A stretch of DNA of 64,000 bases, taken from an uncultured Gammaproteobacteria bacterium (GTDB lineage Bacteria > Patescibacteriota > Patescibacteriia > Magasanikbacterales > JBBTQS01). The stretch spans positions 19,620 to 83,619 of the forward strand of contig CAZVGV010000001.1 in the NCBI GenBank assembly GCA_964627055.1, read 5' to 3'. Positions 40,080 through 47,985 of this stretch are shown here, one piece after another. The position numbers and the translations under genes are program-made. Each line of letters opens with the position of its first letter. Positions within the stretch are counted from its first letter, which is position 1. A model generated the notes under the pieces. It did no database searches. It was given only the letters and a program-made list of their open reading frames with translations, and was not told where the DNA came from.

Positions 40080-41543
40080 ATGGAACGATTGTGCAAAATA
40101 TGTGGTGGCTACCATAGTCCAGGTCAGTGCACGAAGAAGGAAAATTCAGCGGAACTTAGTCCACTTGTCTTTGCCCCATTTGCCGAAAAGTATGCGGGTA
40201 AGGCTATTCTTGAATGTGTCCTCATGGCCGCTTCGGAGCTCGATGAGTATGAGTTACTAGTGAAGCAGAAGAGGCTGACCAATCATGAATTAGTTGAATA
40301 TCTTGGACTTATCGGATTTTTTGAAACCTATCCGGCAATATTGCAAGATGCAAACCAACAGTACAAAAAATACACAGAACAGCTAGACAAAGAATTGACT
40401 CGTAGTTATTCGGATCCGGCGGTTCGTAGAAGAAAAAAATACGACGGATTTGTGAGTGCGTTGTCGGCACCTGCAATCCTTGACCGCCCCGTTCTAAAAG
40501 AGGTCGTGGACGAACTTTTCTTTATCCAGAGAGATGAGATGGTGACAGCATGGCTCAATCAGATAGAACTTCCCAAACGAAGTATTTCTAAGGAAGGCGT
40601 CATCGATGTGACGCAGAAGGTTTTTCGTGAATGCGCCAAATGGTCGATCGCTTCGCAACAGAATAGAGATGATCTTTCGGCATATATTTTTCTCCGTAAG
40701 GTTGCCGAGGCATATGCATTTGCTTTAAATTTACAACAGAGCGGGGCGTACTCTGGAGAATTTGATACCGTAGCAGCGGAAGAAGCGAGCGATCTGCGAG
40801 TGGATGTTTTGAGTACAAGATTGCGGCCTGGCGTGTATGAATGTCAGGTGCCAGATGGAGTGCCTTGGATCACAGTCATGTATCTGGTGGTCCCCGAAGA
40901 GGGGAAGGAGCCATTTACTTGGGCTGGTGTAGAGGTAGAGTTAGCAGGTGACCCACAGGACAGTTCCAAGCTCACGCATACGTCTTGGCCTATTAGTGAA
41001 CTTACCAGAGAGTTGGGAGTCATGGGTTCTAAAATCACGACGTTGGGTTCGCTGTTTGAAAGGTATGGTCTAGAAAAAGAATATCAGCAATTTCAGCATG
41101 AAATATTTCGGTCGATTGCGTCCCTTATTGAATCATACCCAGAATGTATCTTAGATAGACAGCAAGAAACAGATGAATTGGAGAGAGCACTTGTTCAAGA
41201 ACCTGTACAGGAAGAAGATATGGATGCGCTACAGGTATCTCTTCCACGGGCTCAGTATAAAGAAGATGCGTTAGTGGCAGAGCGCCAACAGAAAAAGCAT
41301 GAGATCTTTCGTGAGATGCGAAACCTCTCTTTTGAGAGGACCATCAAAGCATTTCAGAGACTTGGAGTAGAAGTCAGGTACGGTGGCCGTCACATCAAGT
41401 TGGTGAAAATGGAAAACGGGCGAGAGCGTACCGTTCCGTTCATGAATCGTCATAGTAAGGGAATACATTATATGGCTCGTGTTGTGAGACAAGCCATCAA
41501 CATCTTGGGTCTGGATGAGCAGGAATTTGTTTCGGCGCTTTGA
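40080..41543 (+). CDS. Large hypothetical protein (487 aa) with an N-terminal CxxC...C zinc-ribbon-like motif and a C-terminal HicA/YcfA-like (mRNA interferase toxin fold) domain
   Basis: C-terminal 70 aa (SFERTIKAFQRLGVEVRYGGRHIKLVKMENGRERTVPFMNRHSKGIHYMARVVRQAINILGL) match the HicA pattern (K..L...G....R..GSHH......G....TVP.H...I....L..IL.Q.GL). Lower GC than flanks. An extended -10 TGTTATGAT lies upstream. Confidence 0.55.
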   Translation: MERLCKICGGYHSPGQCTKKENSAELSPLVFAPFAEKYAGKAILECVLMAASELDEYELLVKQKRLTNHELVEYLGLIGFFETYPAILQDANQQYKKYTEQLDKELTRSYSDPAVRRRKKYDGFVSALSAPAILDRPVLKEVVDELFFIQRDEMVTAWLNQIELPKRSISKEGVIDVTQKVFRECAKWSIASQQNRDDLSAYIFLRKVAEAYAFALNLQQSGAYSGEFDTVAAEEASDLRVDVLSTRLRPGVYECQVPDGVPWITVMYLVVPEEGKEPFTWAGVEVELAGDPQDSSKLTHTSWPISELTRELGVMGSKITTLGSLFERYGLEKEYQQFQHEIFRSIASLIESYPECILDRQQETDELERALVQEPVQEEDMDALQVSLPRAQYKEDALVAERQQKKHEIFREMRNLSFERTIKAFQRLGVEVRYGGRHIKLVKMENGRERTVPFMNRHSKGIHYMARVVRQAINILGLDEQEFVSAL

Positions 41544-41613
41544 AGATTTTTGGAACGTGGCAGAACGATCCTAGATGTCGGAAGTTTTGCAGCAAGTCGT
41601 GAAGGTATAATTT

Positions 41614-41656
41614 TTAAAAAAACAAGAGTGCGTCCCGTATGGACCGCACTCTTGTT
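41614..41656 (-). terminator. Minus-strand intrinsic terminator (12-bp stem AACAAGAGTGCG/CGCACTCTTGTT, U7 on the minus strand)
   Basis: Perfect stem with a 7-nt A-run on the plus-strand 5' side. Lies 3' of the decayed gene fragment. Confidence 0.5.
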
Positions 41657-41890
41657 GAATATCACGAGTTCCTCGAGCTGGATGTCACGCATGGTACCCG
41701 TGGAGTGCAAGTAGAACTGCGTACCAGGGAAGCACCCGCACAATAAGACGTTGATGTGATCGTCCTTGCTGGGTGTGGACGGCAGAGCCGTGCGGTGGCA
41801 CGTGATCAGCCGAGCCCATGGGGTGCGTCAGCGAGGAGTTGTAGTGTGGGTACAGAGATGGCAAGCCGAATTGTTTCGTGGTCATCACCT
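41640..41890 (-). pseudogene. Decayed fragment paralogous to the 3' half of the 42355..43023 gene
   Basis: About 80% nt identity over ~120 bp (41650..41770 versus 42373..42490). The minus-strand frame conserves GCFPGxQFxLxSxGxMRDIQxEExVxFNKS but the stop is lost and the upstream part is frameshifted. Confidence 0.45.
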
Positions 41891-41971
41891 AGGAGGGATT
41901 CAATTGCTGGGTCGAACTGTGGGGTGATGAAGTTTTGGATGTACTCACTCGGTACAGTGTCCCCACAAATC

Positions 41972-42043
41972 GCGGGTATTGTATAACGGCTATTATCTCA
42001 GTTTTCCAAACTGATGACGCGGGTTCGACTCCCGCTACCCGCT
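41972..42043 (+). tRNA. Second, identical copy of tRNA-Gly (UCC); CCA not encoded (CCG)
   Basis: 72-nt body identical to 39827..39898. Together with 22 bp of upstream sequence it forms a 97-bp perfect direct repeat (39804..39900 and 41949..42045). Confidence 0.7.
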
Positions 42044-42126
42044 CCGCTTCAAGAATACAGGTACAAGCCTTGCGTTATCCGTTCGCAGCGTGCATACTGC
42101 GCTTGTTAGTCATAATCCAAAAATAT

Positions 42127-42249
42127 ATGGATGGAGTAGTAGTAGAGCCTGAGGTACAGGAAGAGGAAGTAGCAGTGCCAGCAGAAATGCCAGCTGAAGA
42201 GACCGAAGAAGCTGCTGCCCCAGCAGCAGAGGAAGAAGCCGCAGCGTAA
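42127..42249 (+). CDS. Small highly acidic Glu/Ala-rich peptide (40 aa)
   Basis: MDGVVVEPEVQEEEVAVPAEMPAEETEEAAAPAAEEEAAA, immediately followed by a strong bidirectional terminator. The ORF is listed from 41935, but the upstream part crosses the tRNA. Confidence 0.3.
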   Translation: MDGVVVEPEVQEEEVAVPAEMPAEETEEAAAPAAEEEAAA

Positions 42250-42262
42250 GCTGACGCTAAAT

Positions 42263-42297
42263 AAAACAACCTTCATCAGAAGGTTGTTTTATTTTTC
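42263..42297. terminator. Bidirectional intrinsic terminator (12-bp stem AAAACAACCTTC/GAAGGTTGTTTT)
   Basis: A-tract upstream and ATTTTTC downstream, between the acidic peptide gene (+) and the 222-aa gene (-). Confidence 0.6.
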
Positions 42298-42354
42298 TTG
42301 GAAAGGACAACACACCACCGGTAGGTGATGCGTTGTGGGTAGGCTTGTGGATCA

Positions 42355-43023
42355 TCAGTAGCCGAAGTGGCTCTTGTTGAACATCACAAATTCCTCAGGT
42401 TGGATGTCGCGCATGACCCCCTTGGAGTTCAGGTCGAACTGCTTGCCAGGGAAGCACCCGCGCAAAAAGACGTTGATGTGTCCGTCTTTGCGGGTACAGA
42501 TTCGGAACACGAACGTGATCAGGTTCGTGCGCGGACTGGGGACACGTTCGTCGACGACGTAGTGCACGGTGGTGTGGTCGTTCACGTACACGATCTTCGT
42601 CTGAGTCCACGCAGGGAGAGGACGGTAGAGCCGTGCAGCCCGTGACCAGCCGACCCATTGTGTGGGATGTTTGATGGTCACACACCTCGTGGTTGATGTG
42701 GCGCCGGATTGTACATGACGCCGGACAATGCGTCCCACACTCCTGACCAGTTGTCGCTCGATTTCTGTATCGTCAAAAACATCTTCGGGGTGGCGCCAGA
42801 ATCGGAATGCTCCAGCTCGCATGTTTCGTCGGTAATTGAAACTCGATCGGCGCATCTTCATCGCGTTACGATATCGCACGACGATGTCGAATGGGACAGT
42901 GACTGGGATCGTGGAATCCTGGTTGTACGAACGTCGCATGACTGCACTCCTGCGGTTGATGTGGTGGTCTCCCCGAGAGCTCGGGAGAGGGAGTAGTACA
43001 TCAAAGATTGCTGGATTCGTCAA
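42355..43023 (-). CDS. Hypothetical protein (222 aa) with an Arg-rich basic N-terminal third
   Basis: Minus-strand frame supported by conservation with the paralog fragment at 41640..41890. N-terminus RRSAVMRRSYNQ...RYRNAMKMRRSSFNYRRNMRAGAFRFWRHP. No known domain. Confidence 0.45.
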   Translation of the reverse strand: MTNPAIFDVLLPLPSSRGDHHINRRSAVMRRSYNQDSTIPVTVPFDIVVRYRNAMKMRRSSFNYRRNMRAGAFRFWRHPEDVFDDTEIERQLVRSVGRIVRRHVQSGATSTTRCVTIKHPTQWVGWSRAARLYRPLPAWTQTKIVYVNDHTTVHYVVDERVPSPRTNLITFVFRICTRKDGHINVFLRGCFPGKQFDLNSKGVMRDIQPEEFVMFNKSHFGY

Positions 43024-43084
43024 TACGCACTATAAAATAGTCGCATTGTTCTTGAGCCATGAAAAATGGTATTTTAGAAAAAAG

Positions 43085-43846
43085 ATGAATGATATGGAAC
43101 AAGAACGAAAAGCAGCAGCCGAGCAGCAATGGATGGAAAGGGAACTAGGGGTAATTGTGCAAGCGACACAAGAAGTGCAAGATCGTGTAGTATCTACAAA
43201 AGAAATATCCGCTGGGCAACTGATGCATGAGGCGTGTGTGTCTGAAGTGTACGTAGGGGAGTTTATGGATTGTACGGATGGTGCGCTGCGTGTGTGGTCG
43301 GCGATGCCGCAGGAGGTGCGGGGAAAGAAAATCTATGTCCTCGAACAAGGTGCTATGATTTTTGTCCCCAGAACAGTGGGGGGTGACTCAGTACTTGTTT
43401 CCAATCACTTTTCTCGGTGTGCGGCGATTATAGTGAATGAAGCGCGTGGCACACTTTTTGGTCATGCCACTGAATCTGATCGAGAGAGTATAGAGAAATT
43501 GCTAGAGGGTATTGAGGGCGTAGTTGACGGGGAGCACACGGTTCTCTTGGTTCTGGCGGTGGCCGAAGCGCGAGACATGATGTATCTGTCAGATCCAACA
43601 GGTGCATGGACACAAGAGCGTGTGGCACAATTGCAGCAAGCACATCCGACAATGAGGATCTCTACGTATAGGAATACAGATTTTGCACCAACGTACATAG
43701 AGCAATACATTGCGAACGAAGGACTTCCAGAAACTGCCGTCATTGTGAAGGGGCAAGAACTCTATATGATCGGGACAGCATTAACGGATGAAGACGGGGT
43801 AGTACAGCAGACCTGTACAAGTGGAGCAATTACAAGAATAGCGTAG
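43085..43846 (+). CDS. Hypothetical protein (about 253 aa)
   Basis: Start at MNDMEQERK, preceded by an AT-rich promoter region; the ORF extends to 42836. No recognisable domain. Confidence 0.45.
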   Translation: MNDMEQERKAAAEQQWMERELGVIVQATQEVQDRVVSTKEISAGQLMHEACVSEVYVGEFMDCTDGALRVWSAMPQEVRGKKIYVLEQGAMIFVPRTVGGDSVLVSNHFSRCAAIIVNEARGTLFGHATESDRESIEKLLEGIEGVVDGEHTVLLVLAVAEARDMMYLSDPTGAWTQERVAQLQQAHPTMRISTYRNTDFAPTYIEQYIANEGLPETAVIVKGQELYMIGTALTDEDGVVQQTCTSGAITRIA

Positions 43847-43855
43847 TGGGAATCT

Positions 43856-44245
43856 ATGTATGGATCTAAGCCGCAGATTATTCTAGATGTTGGTTTTGAT
43901 TTTAGTTGGTCGTCACGTAAGGTTTGGGCACTAGATCTTCCTGTTGAGACGATGGCTATCACAGAACTTATTTGGCATTTCGGCATTCCATTCTGGGATA
44001 GCGAAGGAACTGACGAATATAATCTTACGCCGAACGACGTGCTAGCACATCCCGAAAAAGAGCCAACTCATTTCAGTAAAATTCAACACGCCGATCTCGC
44101 ATTCCCAATCGATATCATGGAGAATAAAGGCCGGTGGCTTATTCTCGACGGCCTCCATCGTCTCGCCAAGGCGTACATGCTTGGCATGACCGAGGTGCAG
44201 GTGCGCAAAGTACCGCGTGAGTTGATTCCTCTAATTGTAAAATAA
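43856..44245 (+). CDS. Small ParB/Sulfiredoxin-fold (ParB-like nuclease domain) protein
   Basis: Motif RWLILDGLHRLAKAYMLGMTEVQVRKVP matches the ParB N-terminal domain signature DGxHR...G...IPV. 129 aa, 9 bp after the previous gene. Confidence 0.45.
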   Translation: MYGSKPQIILDVGFDFSWSSRKVWALDLPVETMAITELIWHFGIPFWDSEGTDEYNLTPNDVLAHPEKEPTHFSKIQHADLAFPIDIMENKGRWLILDGLHRLAKAYMLGMTEVQVRKVPRELIPLIVK

Positions 44246-44324
44246 ATCGATACTCCGATGCGATACCGCGCAAAACGTCAAACATTCTTGTGGTTTTGAT
44301 GCATAGGCGCTAGGATCAGGGCAT

Positions 44325-44981
44325 ATGGATTACGCCTCAGTCGATCACTTTTTCGAACAAAAATTGCTGGCTAACGACGGTATTCCCGCACAAGTTACAG
44401 CTGCATGTGCTATCGCGGGATTGCCACCCTTTTGTGTGACACCAACACAAGGCAAATTTCTGCGTTTGCTCGCGCAGCTCAGCGGAGCGCGACGCATACT
44501 CGAACTCGGGACGCTTGGCGGGTATAGCACTGCGTGGCTTGCGTCTGCACTTCCAGTTGATGGACAACTCATCACGCTCGAGATTGATTCTGCGCGCGCT
44601 GCGATTGCGCGTGCGAATCTTGACGCAGTGGGGTTGGGCGATCGCGTGGAAATTCGTGTCGGATCGGCGATGGATACTATGCCGCAGCTCGTTGCAGAAG
44701 CTGGTGCGAAGTTCGATTTGATTTTTGTTGATGCGGACAAGCAGCACACACTGGATTATTTCCAGTGGGCAATACAACTCTCTCGGCCTGGAACGGTTAT
44801 TGTGGTGGACAATGTGGTACGTGATGGCGAGGTGCTCAACGCTGCAACCGAGGACAAGCACGTGCGCGGCATGCAACGATTTTTTGAGTACGTTGCAACT
44901 GAATTGCGCGTGGATGTGACGGCACTGCAGACCGTGGGTGCAAAGGGATGGGATGGGTTTGTGATTGGGGTGGTACGGTAG
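44325..44981 (+). CDS. Class I SAM-dependent O-methyltransferase (family 3, catechol/caffeoyl-CoA OMT-like)
   Basis: SAM motif ILELGTLGGYSTAWLA, DLIFVDADK, VVDNVV. 218 aa. Confidence 0.75.
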   Translation: MDYASVDHFFEQKLLANDGIPAQVTAACAIAGLPPFCVTPTQGKFLRLLAQLSGARRILELGTLGGYSTAWLASALPVDGQLITLEIDSARAAIARANLDAVGLGDRVEIRVGSAMDTMPQLVAEAGAKFDLIFVDADKQHTLDYFQWAIQLSRPGTVIVVDNVVRDGEVLNAATEDKHVRGMQRFFEYVATELRVDVTALQTVGAKGWDGFVIGVVR

Positions 44982-45046
44982 CGTCGCTTGCTACATGGAT
45001 CCATCTTTTGTAGGGTGTGGTTGGATGCTAACCAGGAGGAACGACA

Positions 45047-45670
45047 ATGGAGAGAATGATCGGACTGTCCCGTATTCACACGATCACCTGTAATCTCAAG
45101 CGAACGCGACGCACAGGGTGGAACATCCTCGGCCGCCGCGTGCCGTACCCTGAATCAGTTGCAGCGCACGTCCTGGGGGTGGTACGCATCGCGATGGAAC
45201 TACCGCAGGAATACTTGGACGAGGTTGATGTTGATCGGTATGGCTTGGTGGAGATGCTTGCCATGCATGACGACACGGAGCATGTCCCGCCAGGAGATGT
45301 GGTCGCACAGCGGATCAAGGACCCGGATAAACGCGCGGCGTTCACGAGGAAGAAGCACGCGTGGGAATTGTACGTTCTTGCTGAGGAGCGTGCCAACATC
45401 GGCGGCGAACGAGGTGACCGGTACTGGGATCTCGGTGTCGAGTACATGGAGAAGAAGACGCCACGCGCCAAACTCGCAAAACAGATCGACATGTTCGAGC
45501 TCATGCGCACCGCTGTGCACGTCTATCGCTGGGGCCGGCAGTCGCGACGTGCACGAGTAATCGCTGATCCCCGTGATTTCTGGCCCGAGGTGAACGCAGT
45601 TGTCACTGCCTGGCCATTGCGGCAGATTCTCGATGCGGAGGTGCTCCCGATCATCGAATCGTTGAGCTAA
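45047..45670 (+). CDS. HD-domain phosphohydrolase (YfbR-like 5'-deoxynucleotidase family)
   Basis: Metal ligands in VAAHVLGVVRIAMEL (H) and LAMHDDTEH (HD), in a helical HD fold of about 200 aa. Confidence 0.65.
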   Translation: MERMIGLSRIHTITCNLKRTRRTGWNILGRRVPYPESVAAHVLGVVRIAMELPQEYLDEVDVDRYGLVEMLAMHDDTEHVPPGDVVAQRIKDPDKRAAFTRKKHAWELYVLAEERANIGGERGDRYWDLGVEYMEKKTPRAKLAKQIDMFELMRTAVHVYRWGRQSRRARVIADPRDFWPEVNAVVTAWPLRQILDAEVLPIIESLS

Positions 45671-45748
45671 CCAACACCAATTGTGAACAACGGCGCCGCT
45701 CTGTACGAGTGGTGCTTTTGTTTTGGGGGGTGATACACTTACGAATAT

Positions 45749-46219
45749 ATGTACGAACTCGTGATTCAGGTTGTCTTTGGTCTTATTCTCGCGACGCTTT
45801 TTGTGTACGATGCGCGTCGTGGAATTCTCCCTGATTTCATAACACTGCCGGCAATTGTGGTAGTTGCTGTGTTGCACATGGTTACTGGTGCTGTTACGTG
45901 GACAGCTATGGTGTGGGGTGCGTTGGTTGTCGGGGGATTTTTTGCGGTCCAATTCGCGGTGTCGCGTGGTCGATGGATCGGTGATGGCGATATTCGGATG
46001 GGAGTCCTCATGGGTGTCATGTTAGGACTGTGGCCTGCAGTGATTGCAATGTTCATTGCGTATGTGCTCGGTGCTACGGTTGGCGGGATGCTGGTGTTGT
46101 TTGGAAAAAAGGACCGTGGCGCAGCGGTACCATTTGGAACATTTCTCGCTGTTGGTACGGCGGGTATGTTGATGTGGGGAGAGCGGGTTGTAGCATGGTA
46201 TGCACAATGGCTTCGTTGA
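45749..46219 (+). CDS. A24-family prepilin peptidase, short form (membrane domain only)
   Basis: Multi-TM protein with the conserved Asp in DARRGILPD and the GDGDIRMGVLMGVMLG motif, as in PilD/CpaA/TadV. Confidence 0.65.
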   Translation: MYELVIQVVFGLILATLFVYDARRGILPDFITLPAIVVVAVLHMVTGAVTWTAMVWGALVVGGFFAVQFAVSRGRWIGDGDIRMGVLMGVMLGLWPAVIAMFIAYVLGATVGGMLVLFGKKDRGAAVPFGTFLAVGTAGMLMWGERVVAWYAQWLR

Positions 46220-46285
46220 CGGGGCAAACGGTTTTGCTAGAGTACTGGTGGTCTGATCAACAACAACAGACCCAAAGGAGCAATC

Positions 46286-47239
46286 GTGGCACGGTACGTA
46301 CCGATCGTGAATCTCAGTGCGCGCGACGGGAAGTCTCAGCGCAATCGACTCGCAACGGAGCTGGGTGATGCATTCAGCAACGTCGGGTTCGCTGTGATTG
46401 AAGGTCACGACATTCCAGCGGAGTGGATGGAGGAGTCGTACCAGATTTCCAGGGCGTTCTTCGATCTGCCACTCGCAACGAAGCGCTACTACGAGACGCC
46501 GACGCGCTTCACGGGGTACATCCCAATCAACTCCGAAACCGCGCGCGGTGCGACGGTTCCCGACTACAAGGAGATCTTCGACATCCGACGTCCGCTGCAT
46601 CGCAAGCATCCGAGGTTCGGAACCTCGGGATACGAGGCCAACGTGTGGCCGACCTGCCATGTGTCCAACTTCCGCAACATCGCGTTGCGTATGTGGCGGG
46701 CACAGGACCAACTCGGAGGGAGGTTGCTGGGGCTCCTCGAAACCTATCTCGGGTATCCACGGGGGACACTTCTGGAGTTCACCCGTGATGGTGAATCGCT
46801 CGGACGGATGATTCATTACCCAGCACGCGACGAGCATGTGCTGGGGGAGCGTTCGGCAGAGCATGAGGATTCATCAGTTCTTTCGCTGCTGCGCGCGGCG
46901 ACAGGACCAGGACTGGATGTGCTGGCGCAGACAGCATCAGGTCATGTGTGGATGCCGGTCGAAGAGACGCCTCGTTCCATCGTCGCAAACATTGGTGACA
47001 CGCTGCAGGCGTACACGCGCGGACGTCTGCGCTCGACCACGCATCGTGTGGGACCTGGCGATCGTGGTGCACGCTACGCTGACCCGTTCTTCGTTCAGGC
47101 GAATCCTGACGCAGATGTCAATCCGCCAGGTCTCGAGGGCGACACGACGTACCCCAAGGCCGGCGTATTGTTACGTCAGATGCTCAGTCGGACCGGAATG
47201 TACATGAGTGTCAGGCCGACAGTTCCGAACTGTTCCTGA
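46286..47239 (+). CDS. 2-oxoglutarate/Fe(II)-dependent oxygenase (isopenicillin-N-synthase-like family)
   Basis: N-terminal DIOX_N-like region and a jelly-roll with HYPARDEH...D facial-triad residues, a distal His (TTHRV) and the 2OG-binding R-x-S. Confidence 0.7.
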   Translation: MARYVPIVNLSARDGKSQRNRLATELGDAFSNVGFAVIEGHDIPAEWMEESYQISRAFFDLPLATKRYYETPTRFTGYIPINSETARGATVPDYKEIFDIRRPLHRKHPRFGTSGYEANVWPTCHVSNFRNIALRMWRAQDQLGGRLLGLLETYLGYPRGTLLEFTRDGESLGRMIHYPARDEHVLGERSAEHEDSSVLSLLRAATGPGLDVLAQTASGHVWMPVEETPRSIVANIGDTLQAYTRGRLRSTTHRVGPGDRGARYADPFFVQANPDADVNPPGLEGDTTYPKAGVLLRQMLSRTGMYMSVRPTVPNCS

Positions 47240-47355
47240 GCTACAACAACAGTGACAACGAGCACGACGATGTCTGTCACTCCTGCACCGCTTGAAGCGG
47301 ACGAGGAACAGTGAATAAGACTTTGTCGTGTTTGTTTTTAGGTGATGAAAAGTTG

Positions 47356-47973
47356 CTATGGAACGTATACCTCTTTGACCTGCACCACAGAGCCACGGAG
47401 CAACGTTAATCTGACAGGCATGATGCCATGCTTTTGGCGTATTGCCGGATCAGTGGAGATGTCGATAAAAAAATCCAGATCAGATTGGTCGAACATTCGC
47501 TTCGGAAGCGTGCCAGCGTAGAGCTCGGTCTCTATAAATCGCATTCCGCTTGCCAAGGGAAGCTCAATAGTCGCTGGGCTGTTATTGCGAATGTAGAAAC
47601 CACTTGGCGCACAAGAAAGTGGCTCAGGCGTACCTGCGGTTTCACACACGCCGTCTTCGATCATGGCAGTATCTGCCGTGTCTCCATCAAACCACTGAGC
47701 TACATCCAAGATAAGATGTGGTTGACCAGTACTTGTGCTTACTCCCATAACAAAACCAAAAGGTGCTGTAGAATCAAATGTCTCGATTACGCCTGCCACC
47801 TCTTCGGTTTCAACTGATGACTCTTCTATGACAATGGGCACGGTCGTTGTTGAGGTTGTACTCGCAGACGGGGTCGTTGTCACTGTACCCGTATGTTTCA
47901 ATGAAATGATGGCGCCGGTAAGGACAAACGTGAGGAAAAGACAGAGCACTACAAGGAGTTGAGTAGGTTTCAT
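47356..47973 (-). CDS. Hypothetical secreted/membrane-anchored protein
   Basis: N-terminal signal/TM MKPTQLLVVLCLFLTFVLTGAIISL and a Thr-rich linker. No known domain. Confidence 0.45.
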   Translation of the reverse strand: MKPTQLLVVLCLFLTFVLTGAIISLKHTGTVTTTPSASTTSTTTVPIVIEESSVETEEVAGVIETFDSTAPFGFVMGVSTSTGQPHLILDVAQWFDGDTADTAMIEDGVCETAGTPEPLSCAPSGFYIRNNSPATIELPLASGMRFIETELYAGTLPKRMFDQSDLDFFIDISTDPAIRQKHGIMPVRLTLLRGSVVQVKEVYVP

Positions 47974-47985
47974 ACGTTGCGTAAA

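Noticed and set aside
39804-42045. Possible CRISPR array, suggested by the repeated ~97-bp element
   Set aside because: There are only two copies and they are 2.1 kb apart. Each copy is a complete tRNA-Gly body plus flank, not a short palindromic repeat with unique spacers. No cas genes are present.
41650-42490. Diversity-generating retroelement (template/variable repeat pair)
   Set aside because: The two similar segments differ at all base types rather than only at adenines. Similarity decays gradually like an old paralog, and no reverse transcriptase gene is in the window.
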